Positions 1-13,115 of a DNA stretch of 64,000 nt are shown here, one piece after another. This stretch comes from Eledone cirrhosa (taxonomy: Eukaryota). The DNA lies in contig OZ024743.1 of the NCBI GenBank assembly GCA_964016885.1, positions 60,512,001 through 60,576,000 on the forward strand, in the 5' to 3' direction. The notes below the pieces were generated by a model. It had not been told where the DNA came from. It worked only from the letters and a program-made list of their open reading frames with translations, and did not search any database. The first letter of the stretch is position 1, and every line of letters begins with the position of its first letter. A program made the translations under genes and the position numbers.

Positions 1-400
1 TCCATTAACACATGTACAGTTAACACTATTTTCATGGGGTCTGGCGTGACACATGTTTGACAAGACTGTCCCTTTGAACTACAGGTACACAGACTTGCCA
101 ACCTTTAAAAACCCAAACGGGGAGTATCATGAAAAAAAGTGCTCCAAAACGGGGAGAAATGAAGCAAAATGGGAATATTTTACATGATGAAAGCTATACC
201 TATTTTGACAAGAGAAGTCATCTCTCACCCATCCCAAAGTGGATGGGAACTCTGGCCGTCAGATGAGGAGAGTTGACAGGTCTGGGTACAACTCCCATAT
301 TTTCGCAGCTGTGTGGACTAGATCAACGTAAAATAAAATGTCTGGCTCAGGAGCACAACATGCTGCCGTGAATCGAACTCACGACACGGGCTTCTAACAG
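1..400 (-). mobile_element. tRNA-derived SINE (family 2), interrupted by a MITE
   Basis: Reverse B-box (gaatcgaactcacgac, ~370-385); body similar to 15800-16055 and 28900-29135. Confidence 0.6.
90..284. mobile_element. MITE with imperfect TIRs and 6-bp TSD (hAT-like?)
   Basis: TIRs cagacttgccaac / gttgacaggtctg; ggtaca duplicated at 84-89 and 285-290; related partial copy at ~9555-9716. Confidence 0.7.
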
Positions 401-782
401 TAATGATGTTCATCGACACCTACAATCACTTTGAAAATCCTTTTTAATTTGTAGTTTATACCTTTTGCCTTTTGTTTTGATTCTACTTGTTTGATCTTGT
501 GTGCCCAATATCAATATATCGATAAAGTAGTAGCATCCATTCAATTCATTTTTAATTAAGCCAATCTAGTTTATTTACAATCTCTTGTTTTCATAATTGA
601 ATTTTTTAAAAGAGGTGGGCATGCTAGGTAGAACTGATTATCTTTATGATAACACAATATTTTCTCTTTTATAGCGTTGTTATTGTGCTGCAAATATTCA
701 ATGTTAATTATATTTATTAAATTCATTACATTCAGTTTTTCAATAGTACAGGGCTTCCACTGACCACATATATAGTACATAC

Positions 783-845
783 CTAGCTCTCTATATTAAT
801 CAATTATCTGGAGATAATCAACTATATGTGCTATATCATATGCTT
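783..845 (-). pseudogene. Candidate decayed or terminal exon
   Basis: Acceptor gtttctttcag, donor AG|gtatgt; 63 nt, reads (E)AYDIAHIVDYLQIID*YREL with one stop. Confidence 0.2.
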
Positions 846-2229
846 CTGAAAGAAACAGCAATAGTAATTTAAAATGCCGATGTGCTGCGAATTACACTGA
901 CAAAGTATGAAACTAAACATGGCCAAATGTTTTATTTAGGAATAACAGTGATCATAGATAGGTGTCAACAAAGACGAGATGTCAACGATTTTAACTTCCT
1001 TATTCATATTCACATACTCTGAGTAAAAATACAATACTTGTTTATAAGCAACTCTAAGCCCATATGCAATTATAAAGGTTTTCATTAAAGTATATTTCTA
1101 AGAAATATGTTGTCTACGTGTTTCAAATCATTTCGAAAATAATTAAGTATTTGAAGGAGCTTAGTAATATAACTGGTTTTCTCATTACTAAACTGGGTTT
1201 TAGATCGTATCATATTAAATGTTCTTACATGAAATTATTATGGAAGGTTTTTTTTTTAGATAAATATAAACACTTTAAAACAAAGTTTTGTATCATAGAA
1301 TTTTGGTTGGTTCCAAGGCGGTTTGACATTAAAAGACTTTCTCATCAATTACAACAGTAGTTCATTTTATACTTTATTGTGATAGCATGTGTGTATTCTT
1401 CTATTCATAAAGTTCTTTTTTAACTATGTTTCTCGTAGGGAGGTCAGTTTATCCATAACATCCATTATTTTCACCACTGAATAAATCCCTATATTTTAAA
1501 CTAGCCATTGGTCATTTTTGTTAACAATTATCGATCTCTAGAGAACATCATATTTTATCATGTCTCCTTTTAATACAATTTCTGTATAACAAATAACAAT
1601 ATTGTCAGTGTATTTGAACATAGGATGGCTACAAAATAATATCATCATCATAGATTCCATGACATGACCATTCCGTGTATCCAGGGATACATGTTATTAA
1701 CAAAACAAAAAGCGTTTTTCAAACCGGACGTGGTATTAGACAATGATTCTTGACACACAGAGTTCAACTGATGACTCTTCGGAAGTTCCAAGAGAAGAAG
1801 ACAATGGGGATGATTCATCATTTCTATTTCGCCAAAAGAGACGATCCCAAATATATTCTCATTTAGTTTGATATTGCTCATTCAGTGTTTGAAGATAATG
1901 TCAGAATACGAGGGTAATATTCCACTCTCCCTTTTATTCATATTACTAGTTTCACAACAACCTCAAAGAATTTGATTTCATTATTCTTTTATTCTATTAA
2001 TGGTTTCAGTCATTCTGACTGCTGCCATACAGGGACAATACTTTGAAAGGATTTACTCGATTACATCGAGCCCAGTAAATATTATTTCAAGACTTGTATA
2101 TATTTTATCAATCTTTTATTATTATTTTTTTCCGATTTTGGTCAAACCGCAAAGTTACTGTACAAACAAACTGTACTCGTCAAAACACGAATGTGTGTAT
2201 ATGTATAAATCAGAAATGATGCAGTAAAA

Positions 2230-2345
2230 CCTGTTAGACCATTACTCACCAGAGTACTTAATACTTGGGGTAGTAAAGTGTGGTTATATGAAAGAGTCGG
2301 GACCCCGACGACTGAGCTCTTGCCGTTTCAACAGCTAGTTCCAAA
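2230..2345 (-). mobile_element. PLE-type 3' terminus (family B) with decayed HHR 3' half
   Basis: Similar to 4764-4890 and 43092-43210. Confidence 0.6.
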
Positions 2346-2377
2346 CATACATACATATATATTAATTTCTACATATA

Positions 2378-3000
2378 TACTAATTCATAAATTCAACGGT
2401 TTCTAATACGTAAACATCTCAATGAAATAAATAAATTAACTATTCAGAGAAGTAATTAGATACATTAAACTTAAGCTACAACTAGACCTAAAATAAGTCG
2501 GTTATACTTATACAGTTCCCCGACCATGGTTTCTTGAACTCAAGAAACAACACCAATATTGGAAGAATTGCAGTTCCTTTAACGAGAGGAGAATTCTTAG
2601 GAATAAAGGGACAAGTTGAATATATATATCATACATACCACGGAGCTGCCAGAACACATGGTGAACAACGTTTTGCATTGCTGAATTACTGTATAAATGT
2701 ATCCCACCCAATGTATTAGGACAATACGACGGGCTTATATTGACGCTAGAAATAGTAGCTAAAACCATTAAATTTGCCCAATTATGATGACCATTTAATA
2801 TTAATTCATAAAATTAACTGTCTCTAATACGTAAACATCTCAATGAAAGGAAAAGATATATTAATAAATTAGAAATTCATGGAAGTAACAAGACTATCTA
2901 AAATAAGCCGGTTTTACTTGTACAGTTCTTGAATTGCAGGAACCAGGGTCGGGGAACTGTATAAGTAAATCTGAGTTATTTTAGCTAGTTTAGCTTATAT
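2378..3000 (-). mobile_element. Non-coding PLE/retrozyme-like element: ~421-nt unit, partial tandem repeat, inverted arm
   Basis: ctaatacgtaaacatctc at 2403 and 2824; 2926-3000 is the reverse complement of ~2470-2545; minus strand GAAA-ccatgg-TC-ggggaac at 2533-2515. Confidence 0.65.
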
Positions 3001-3089
3001 CCCCCCAAAATGAGGAGTCTAGCCCCGCAGAACGTAAATAACTATCTGTTCACCTTTCTACGTGTCTGTCTCACTGAGACATAACGCTT

Positions 3090-3225
3090 ACAATTATTAA
3101 TCCTTTTTGCAAGCTGAACAAACGTCAACTTGAAGGAAAGTCTTGCTCAATGACACAATGCGAGCCTAAGATTTAATTCAAGACCTTGAGATTGGACCCA
3201 ACACTCTAACCACTAAGCCACATTC
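3090..3225 (-). mobile_element. Degenerate tRNA-SINE (family 2)
   Basis: cttgctcaatgacacaatgc and ctctaaccactaagccac motifs shared with the other copies. Confidence 0.4.
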
Positions 3226-3495
3226 ACATTACTGGGTGTAGTGCAGGGAGGCATAAGCAGTGTAGATGATAGATGTTTTCATTCACGCACCACACACACA
3301 CATATACACATACATACATACATGCATACTCACACACATACATATATAAATACACACATACAATATATATAAATACACACATACACACGCTCACGCAAGC
3401 ATACAAGCCCGCACGCCTATAGATACAGAACGCATACACTCACTCGCGCACACGCATATATTCACTGCCTTACACTAGCTAGCCAATAGACATGG

Positions 3496-3564
<69 letters not shown>

Positions 3565-3843
3565 CAATGTATCCCCTTAATTCACGGTCCCGGTTATTTG
3601 TTCGTGGAAGCCACCCCATATTCGTGGAATCGTAAATATCTTCCGCGATTTTTTAATGGCTTTTTTTGTAGCAATATAAATATTTTTCACGCTTTTTAAC
3701 GTTAAATTATTAATAATATTTGCCGACTTATTTTATGTTACGGTTTATAGGTATTTTATATGGACCACGTCCAATATTCGCGGTTTTTAACTCTTCGCGG
3801 GTGCTGTAGGAACGTAACCCCCGCGGAATACGGGGGACAACTG
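3565..3843. mobile_element. Tc1/mariner (pogo/Tigger-like) MITE
   Basis: Imperfect TIRs caatgtatccccttaattcacgg / ccgcggaatacgggggacaactg; TA on both sides. Confidence 0.7.
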
Positions 3844-4582
3844 TATATATATATATATGTATGTGTATGTGTATGTGTGTGTGTGTGAAGACAGTTACTG
3901 TACCACTGATTGTAACGTAGAAGATATGAGCAGTCCGTGTGCATTGTTTGTCTTCTTTCATTTACACAATTACAAACACAAACACAGACACACACACAAA
4001 CATACACATGTACACATATACACCACGCACAAAAACACATACAAAAACATAAACATAAACACACACAACACACACACACATACAAATACACACACGCACA
4101 AACACACCAAACACACACATGCGAACACACATACAAAGCACACCACACACACACACAGTAGCCAGTCTATAATATTTATCTATCTATATATCAGATAAAG
4201 AAGTCAAACCTTGCTCGCTGAATGTACTGCAGAAGACGGCATGAGCAGGCCATGTGCTATATAGATAGACGTTCTTTCGTTCGCACCATTTCACACATTA
4301 GCGACACCAGTTCCTTGTTATACAAGAAACAATGGAGGAATGAGAAACCGCCTGCCTAAATCTGTCTCTGTCTCTGTTCCCTCCTTTCTCTCTCTCTCCC
4401 TCCATCTTATCCATCTATCTATCTATATATTTCTTTCCCTATCTCGTTCCCTCCCCCTCTCTCTATCTGGCTCCCTTATTGCGTCTATGACTCTGACTAT
4501 CTCTTTCGCTCTCTTTCTTTATATAAGTTTCAAACTATTTACTTACATACAGTGCGGCTAAGCTGGAACATTGCTGACACTG

Positions 4583-4950
<368 letters not shown>

Positions 4951-5185
4951 ATATATATGTATGTATTTATGTATGTATACAGGTATGTATGTATGTATGT
5001 ATGTATGTAATATATGTATGTATGTATTCTTTACCTTCCTCCGTAGACGTTCCATTATACCATGACCATTCCCAGTGAAATATAATATTTATATTCTCTC
5101 TTATTCTTCCTCTCCTTTCCGTCAACACTTCAACAGCATTCATATGTATACATTTTTGGGGACTATCTATCTATCTATCTGTCTA

Positions 5186-7891
5186 TGGCAACGTAGCCAG
5201 CGGGCTGGCGACGAGAACGGCCTTGGACCAGTTCTTCGACGCAAAGCATGAAGGCTGCGTTGTCAGAAGCAAAATAGGTGCTCTGGGAAACGAGGGAGCC
5301 AAAGCTGTTAGCTGGGCCCGAGTGACGAAGGCGAAAAGTGGCAACAAGTCCACGATTCGGTCTTTGAAGGACCAAGACGGACGCGTGATACGTGAGTCGA
5401 AGCAAATGTGCGCGGCCTTTCAGCGACACTTTGCTCAACTGTCTGGGCAGGGCGGCGCGCCGGGAGGGGCAATGGATTTCGGTTCATACCTCGACGGCCT
5501 ACTGCGACTCTCGGACAGCGAGGCGAAGTTCTGCGAAAGGCCGATTTCGGCCGCTGATATAGGGTACGCGCTGAGCCAATGCGGCAAACGCAAATCTCCA
5601 GGTCTCGACGGTCTACCCTACGAATTTTACGTAGCAATGGCGGACTTGTTCTCCGGTCTCCTGGAAGCGGTCAACTGCAACTGGCAGCAGAACGGGAGAT
5701 TTCCCAGTTCTGTGACCAAGGGCGTAATCACGTTAGTTAGAAAGGACGAGAACATGGGGGATGACATAGGAAACTTCCGGCCCATAACTCTGCTCAACAC
5801 AGAGTTACAGATTTTGGCCAAGGTGTTGGCAAAGAGGATGGCGCTTGTCGTCGCAAACCTGGTGGGAGAAGCGCAGACATGCGCAATCCCGACCAGATCC
5901 ATACACGACAACCTCCACCTCATGCGATACATCATAGAGAGGGTAGGGTGTAAACCCGGCTTCGAGGGGCCCTGATCAACTTGGATCAGTCTAAGGCTTT
6001 CGATAGGGTTGACCATTGTTACCTGGATGCTGTGCTCGAGGCGGCAGGCTTCGGACCCGTGTTCAGAGGCTGGATTGCTGCATTGCACAGCAGCAACATC
6101 TGCTCAAGGGTCAAGGTGAACGGCTACCTCGCGGAGCCGTTCCATATCACGCGATCCATCCGACAGGGATGCCCTCTCTCCTCCCTTCTGTACGTACTGA
6201 CTCTCGAGCCACTACTGCAGAAATTGGAGCTATTGCAGGGCAACCCTTTGGAACCGGGACTGCGAAAAGCGGCGTCGGCCTACGCCGACGACATAACAGT
6301 AATGGTGTCGAGCACCTCGCAAATATGGGAGGTCGGCACCATTACTGGAGGAATACGAAAGGTTCACAGGAGCTAAGCTGAACCGGGACAAATCCGTCGG
6401 TTTGCAACTCGGAACGTGGAGAGGCAAACCGATGCCTTCCGATGACGTCGTCGGACGCTGGACGGTAGGACCGGTAAAGATGCTCGGGGTCTGGTTTGGT
6501 CCAGACCTCCAGGTAGAGAAGAACTGGAACGAGGTGACGGCCAAGGTGTTTTGCGCTCACCCAGAAGTGGGCCGAGTGCAAACTCACCTTGAAAGGTCGA
6601 GCGGAGGTGGGGAACACTTTTATAGCGTCTACTACCGCTTGACCGTCGTGCCTTGTCCAGCCAAAACGCTCACCAAAACGGAGCGTGCGCTCTTCCAATT
6701 CCTTTGGAAGAAACGGGCTCCTTTGGTGAGAAGTTACATCTGCTGCCAACACCCTTCAAACGGAGGGCTGGGGATGCCGTGGCTGACGATGCGCAAACAC
6801 GCGCTCAGGCTGCGGCACCTACACATATTCCTCACCGGACAACCGGTGTGGGCCCCGTTCGTGAGGTGAGCCATCCCACGACTCGTCTCGCTGACCGAGC
6901 TGCAGTCCTGGGTCAAACAAAGACCGAGGAAAATGGGCGACTGGCACATTGAATGTGCTCAGGCGCTCACACTCCTCCGACAAATGGACCCGGCGATCAG
7001 TGGAGACTCCACTTCGACATTCTATAGAGGGTTGGTCCGCAGCAATTGCGACGACACGCTCGGAGAAACTCTAGGCGTAGAGGAGGACGAATTGGCCAGT
7101 CTGTTCCGTACGACTTTCCGCCCGGGACCAATGGACAACTTCCAAAAGTCTATGGCCTGGCAGTGCTACCGAGGAGCTCTACCATATCGGGACAAGCTCT
7201 ACAGACACGGGCACCCGGGTAGGGACCCTTCGAAAAAGATCTGTCCGAGATGCGTGCGTGACGAGGAAGCCGTCGCACACGCATTTGTACACTACCTCGG
7301 CGTTACCGACCTGTGGGGCTATGTATAACGACTATTGTCGTTGGTGGGACCAATCCAGTTGATCACCGAGTCCATTGTCATGATCAAACCGGCACCCTCC
7401 TTCAAAAACGAGGGAGAGGCGGTTTTCCTATGTGTTATGGCTATGGTGAAAGAGGTTATATGGTGGACGAGGTTAAAAGGGCTGAGGTCAGACACCTTTC
7501 TCTCCGGTGAGCAACTGATTCGTTTTTTCAAATAACATTTTGGAACAAGAATCAGGATGGAGAGAGAGGTGCTATACCCCAGCAAATTATATAAAAGGTG
7601 GGTGAATGTGGCAAAGATGGCCTGAGTGGCTGGGACTTCTCTCTATATAAGCCTGTAGGTTGAGGAAAAAGAGGAAGAGAGGAATGGAGTACTCACTCTT
7701 GGTGCTCCTGGAGATGAGGGTTGTACATTTTTTCGGGGTGTGTACAACCCCTGTGTAACACCTCCCCACTATTGGGGATTTCAATTGTTATTTGTTATTG
7801 AATTAATAATTTTATTTTCTTATACCTGTATGTAAACTCGCCATTTGTTTTTGTCCCCTTCTTTTGTGCCCTTGTGGCTAATAAATAAATT
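5186..7891 (+). mobile_element. 5'-truncated Tx1/L1-group LINE, frameshifted ORF2 (RT plus C-terminal CCHC)
   Basis: KSPGLDGLPYEFY, FRPITLLN, DQSKAFDRV, RQGCPLS, YADD, CPRC..EEAVAH; aataaa end; (TATC)n on both sides. Confidence 0.92.
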
Positions 7892-7922
7892 TATCTATCT
7901 GTCTATCTATCTATCTATCTAT

Positions 7923-9258
7923 CACAAACTGTCCCTGAAAGGTCGGGCGGAGGTGGCGAACACTTATATAGCGTCCGTCATCTACTACCGCCTGACCGTT
8001 GTGCCTTGCCCAAGGGAAACGCTCGCCAAAATGGAGCGCGCACTCTTCCAATTCCTTTGGAAGAAGCGGGCTCCTATGCTGAGGAGATCCATCTGCTGTC
8101 AACACCCTTCGAAAGGAGGGCTGGGTGCCTAATGATACGTAAACACGCATTAAGACTACGGCACCTTCAGGTATTCCTCTCCAGTCAACCGGTGTGGGCC
8201 CCGTTTGTGAGGCGAGCCTTTCCCAGACTCGTCTCACTCACCGATCTGCAATCCTGGGTCAAGAAAAGACCGAGAAAACTGGGCGCCTGGCACACCGAGT
8301 GTGCCCAGGCGCTCACGGCTCTCTGGCAGGGGGTCCCGGCTGTCAGTGGAGAATCCACCTCGTCATTCTATAGAGGGCTGGTGGTTAGCAGGTACGACGA
8401 CGCCCTCGGAGAAGCCCTAGGCATGGAGGAAGACGAACTGGCCAACCTGTTCGGTAGGACATTCAGCCCGGGACCCATGGATAACTTCCAGAGGTCCCTG
8501 GCCTGGCAATGCTACAGAAGGGCTCTGCCCGTTCGAGAAAGGCTCTACAGACACGGGCGCCCGGGTAGGGACCCCTCGAAAAAGATCTGTCCCAGATGCG
8601 TGTGCGACGAGGAAACCGTTGCACACGCATTGGTACACTGCTCGGGCATTGCCGATCTGTGGGGCTATGTCGAACAACTGCTGTCAAGGGTGGGACCGAT
8701 CCGGTTGACCACCGAGTCTATTGTAACGATCAAGCCGCCTCCCCTCTTCAAAAACGAAGAAGAGGCGGTGTTTCTGTGCGTAATAGCCATGGCAAAAGAG
8801 GTTGTATGGTGGACGCGTCTGAAAGGACTGAGGTCAGACACCTTTCTCTCTGGCCAACAACTGGTCCGTTTCTTCCGATATCATTTCGGAAGAAGGATCA
8901 GGATGGAGAGAGAGGTGCTGCACCCCAGCCGTTTTTATGAAAGTGGCGAGAATGGCCCGTGTGAATGGGCCTTCACTCTACATCAGACTATAGGTGAGGA
9001 AGATGAAAGACCAAGGGAGCACCCCTTCTCTGTGCTCCTGAGGAAAAGGGTTGCACACTTTTTTCGGGGGTGTGTGCGACCCCCCAAGGCGCCTCCTCTC
9101 TATTGAGGACTTTGTCATAAATTTTATTTTTTGTTATATTTTATTTTATTTTTATATATTGTTATTGCCTCCTCCTTATTGAGGACGCCTTGTTTTGTAA
9201 ACTCCCCCCATTGTACTTGTCCCACTTTTGATGCCCTAGTGGCAAATAAAAGAAACAT
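7923..9258 (+). mobile_element. Second, shorter Tx1/L1-group LINE (related subfamily)
   Basis: ORFs 7845-8132 and 8006-9106 align with the 3' half of the upstream copy (GGLG, CPRCVCDEETVAHALVHC); (TATC)n flanks. Confidence 0.92.
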
Positions 9259-9273
9259 ATCTATCTATCTATG

Positions 9274-9340
<67 letters not shown>

Positions 9341-9341
<1 letters not shown>

Positions 9342-9480
9342 TGTGGAACCTCTGTTAACGAACAATCTTTTCCGAACATAAAACGTCTTGGTTCACGAAT
9401 GGTCTCTCGAGTGACGAACACGCATGCCGACAACAACCGTTGGGTGTATCGGCGGGAAAGCCTCACTTACTGTGTAGTTA
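9341..9480 (+). mobile_element. Tigger-like DNA transposon left end
   Basis: ta|ctgtggaacctctgttaacgaac with acgaac subrepeats. Confidence 0.4.
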
Positions 9481-9554
9481 GTTACTATGGTGATATCTAT
9501 CTGTCTTTCACACACTGCCTCTCTCTCTAAATGTATTTCTCTCTCAACATTTCG

Positions 9555-9716
9555 GAGGAGTACCTTAAAAAAAGTACCCTAAAACGGGGAGAAATGAGGC
9601 AAAATGGAGAGTTTTACATAATGAAAACTAAACCCATTTCACAAGAGAAAACATCTCTCACTCACACAAAAGGGGATGAGAATCACCCCGTCGGACGGAG
9701 GGAGTTGGCAGAGCTG
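9555..9716 (+). mobile_element. Partial copy of the 90-284 MITE
   Basis: aaaacggggagaaatga...caagagaa..catctctcac...gagttggcagagctg. Confidence 0.6.
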
Positions 9717-10205
9717 TTGTGTTCCTTCCTGAATGAATATTTGAAGGGATGAAAAACGGAGCCGGTCTTCAGTTCAGAAAAAGAAAACATTTAGATTGCT
9801 CTTTCCATTGTCGGTAGAAGGAGCAAAGTGAAATAAAATATTTTGCTTCAGAACACGACTCAGGAATCGATCACATAAACATCATTCCAACATACTAACC
9901 ACTGGACCACATGCCTACACAGTGGAATGTTACGCCAACATTCTTTGTAAATGTATTCAAACATTAGAAATGTCATGTGATATATTTGACCTAGGTCAGT
10001 GCTTCCTACGAATGACATTGCATATTGTTTTAACTACAATGTCAAGTTAATGCATGGGAAGGTAATATGAACTTGATGACATTTGGGAGAGCTGCTTTTC
10101 CCATGTGTAAATAATTCCCACACATACACACTCATGCATAAAGTCATATACATACAGTCGTCTACATTTACGCATACAAAAAAAACGCATAAACATGTAC
10201 AAGCA

Positions 10206-10275
<70 letters not shown>

Positions 10276-10462
10276 GATAACAATAATTGTTTCTGATTTA
10301 GGCACAGAGAGCTGACATCAATAAAACAGTAAGGGTGACAGATGAGGACAAAGGACGATACAAATTGGGTTTTTCCGTGTGAAAATGGTGGTAAGATAAT
10401 GAGCGAAAAAAGGATCTATAAATGTAAATTTGCATCTATGAACGTAATGTTCATGTATATAA

Positions 10463-10526
<64 letters not shown>

Positions 10527-10577
10527 TAATAAAAATAATGAATAAAAACAAAGAAACAGTTCCTTATATTAAAAAAT

Positions 10578-10712
10578 TCATCATTTTACGATCGTTTCTA
10601 GGATATATGTTTTTGTTGGTATGTTTATCATATAGATCTATGTAAAATTTTTACAAACTATCACAGGGAATATACATACCTACACATATATATGCTGTCT
10701 TCAGAAATAATA
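10578..10712 (-). ncRNA. Type I hammerhead ribozyme, long stem II
   Basis: ttattt-CTGAAGA-(~100 nt)-GAAA-cgatcg-TA-aaatga. Confidence 0.7.
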
Positions 10713-11944
10713 TTTGTTTATTGAAAAAAACTAACAAAGATTTAATATAATAGGTCTGTTTGGGAACAGGTTTTGAATTGACCAATAGAAAGGTAGTAAA
10801 TGATCAAGATGGTAAAATAGTAGTAATAGAACTTTAATTTAGGGGTAGAGGAAGGCAGATTTCAGTTTTGAATAGAAAGAGCATGATGAATGAAAAGATT
10901 ATTTTAGGGATGAAAATAGGTCAAGTCGGTAAAAGGTACACGAAAAATTGATGTTATAAAAGAATAATGCCAATAATATCTAAGGAGAATAAAATTTTAC
11001 GATAAATGTGTTAGTGAAAAATATCAATGTTATTTTAAATATAGGGAATTTACATCTATAAAAAGAAAATAAATTAATTAAATTGATAGGTATATTTATA
11101 TTGATAAATTTATATTAATTCATATAGATATGATAAATAAGAGTTAGATGTAATTGAAGAGTGCTGTTAAAAACGAAGGGAAAATAAAAAAATATTAATA
11201 ATAATTATTGGGGGGTGGGGGTTAAATTTATTAGTGAGAAATAACAAATTTATATAGATTATAAGGAACATAGAATCATAACCTGAAATTAAAATAGTTT
11301 ATATGTATACTTAATGGTATAAATTTTAGGAAAAGATAGCTGTAAAAGGGAAATAAAATTATGCAGTTCATTAGTAGTAGAATTATAGGTTAACTAATTA
11401 AAAAAAAGTGTTATTATAATAATTTCTAAAGTGTATATTAATTAGGTTTATAATATTTAAAAGTTCTTCTCAGTTTATGATTACATAATATAATTAATTC
11501 CTGTCGTTTATTTAATAGGATATCCTTAGATTTCATTATTTCAAAAAGTTCCTGGGAACATAATCTACATTCATATCTATTATTTTGATAAGGAGTGGCC
11601 CTTTTGAGCACACTCCAGGTCAGGTCATAATCTATATTCCTCTTTCTATAATTATTAATTATTTCAGCTAAAGATGTTGTATTAGCTAATGCGGCATTTT
11701 TAAAACTGTGTTTGTACCTTTTACCGATTTGAACTATTTTCATCCCTAATATTTTATCTTTTAATTCATCATACTCTTTCCATTCAAAACTGAAATCTGC
11801 CTTCCTCTACCCCTAAATTAAAGTTCTATTACTACTATTTTACCATCTTGACCATTTACTACCTTTCTATTGGTCAATTCAAAACCTGTTCCCAAACAGA
11901 CCTATTATATTAAATCTTTGTTGGTTTTTTTCAATAAACAAATA

Positions 11945-12082
11945 TCATTATTTCTGAAGACAACATATATATGTGTAGGTATGTATATTCCCTTTGATAG
12001 TTTGTAAAAATGTTACATAGATCTATATGACATACATACCAACACAAACATATATATCCTAGAAACGATCGTAAAATGATGA
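11945..12082 (+). ncRNA. Type I hammerhead ribozyme, long stem II
   Basis: tcattattt-CTGAAGA-(~100 nt)-GAAA-cgatcg-TA-aaatgatga; 9-bp stem I. Confidence 0.75.
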
Positions 12083-12434
12083 TTTTTTTTAATATAAGGA
12101 ACTGTTTCTTTGTTTTTATTCATTATTTTTATTAATTATCTTGACTCTGTTTTCCTGTATTTTTCATCGGAAAAAAATGTTTGAATACATCTTCTCTTTT
12201 CATGATATTCGGATTACATTGAGTTCTTGGACACTACCGTACATTTTGGTAGATTTATCTACATATATATATATATGTATACACATTTTAGTACAGCATT
12301 AACGAAGCTTTAGTTTGCGGCCAAGTTCACGAATGCAAATTCGGTATGTAGCTTTAGCACTCGAATGGGAATAGTACCCCAGAGTAATAACAATACGTTT
12401 AGACAGCTTAGCAAATCAAGTATAGTGATCGGCA

Positions 12435-12486
<52 letters not shown>

Positions 12487-12612
12487 GTAATATTCCCGCT
12501 TTAACTAGCGGCCGGTTCACATGTGGGTAACTTTAACGGCCATAACTCATACGAGCTGGTAGTTGGCATTATATTTGCAGACCGTGGGACTTAAGTCCTA
12601 TAGGAGGAAATA

Positions 12613-12691
12613 GCTATCTGATGAAATTTACTTTTCGTTGGAAATTCTCCGAATTTCTAATCTTTTGTAAATGGAAACCGCCGGTAATAGC
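12613..12691 (+). ncRNA. Type I hammerhead ribozyme
   Basis: gctat-CTGATGA-aatttac..ttggaaattc/gaatttctaa..gtaaatg-GAAA-ccgccgg-TA-atagc. Confidence 0.82.
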
Positions 12692-12767
12692 ATTATGAAC
12701 AGGTACATATTTAAATCATTTTTTAATTTATTTAAATGATTGTTTAATGTTTGTTTGTTCTGCTCAT

Positions 12768-12834
<67 letters not shown>

Positions 12835-12862
12835 ATCAAAAGATGGTTAAAAGAGTTCCATG

Positions 12863-12933
12863 TATTTTATTATGCGCATTTCAAAGACAAATATCATCAT
12901 GCGATGACATTTGCGTTATCGTCAGATAAAATA
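12863..12933 (-). ncRNA. Type I hammerhead ribozyme
   Basis: tattttat-CTGACGA-taacgcaaatgtcatc/gatgatatttgtcttt-GAAA-tgcgca-TA-ataaaata. Confidence 0.88.
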
Positions 12934-13081
12934 GGGAGACATGATATGAAGGTTAAAAAACACTTGTGAATAGAGCAGTTTTAAATCAACATATCTTATA
13001 TATTATTTATACTCCAGTCCTAGTGCTACTTATCCGATATCTGCATTGCTTTATTGTACTACAATAGAACTCACCTCCTAC

Positions 13082-13112
<31 letters not shown>

Positions 13113-13115
<3 letters not shown>

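Larger units (their letters stand above)
10524..12260 (-). mobile_element. 5'-truncated PLE: ORF C-terminus, 3' UTR and inverted pseudo-LTR
   Basis: 11438-11712 encodes HSF..TSL..WSVLKRATPY..CRLC..LLNKRQE..CNH; inverted arms 10524-10940 / 11713-12137; (TA)n flanks. Confidence 0.88.

Noticed and set aside
10335-10375. cagatgag..gacgata HHR-like string
   Set aside because: Both boxes are mutated and the stems do not pair.
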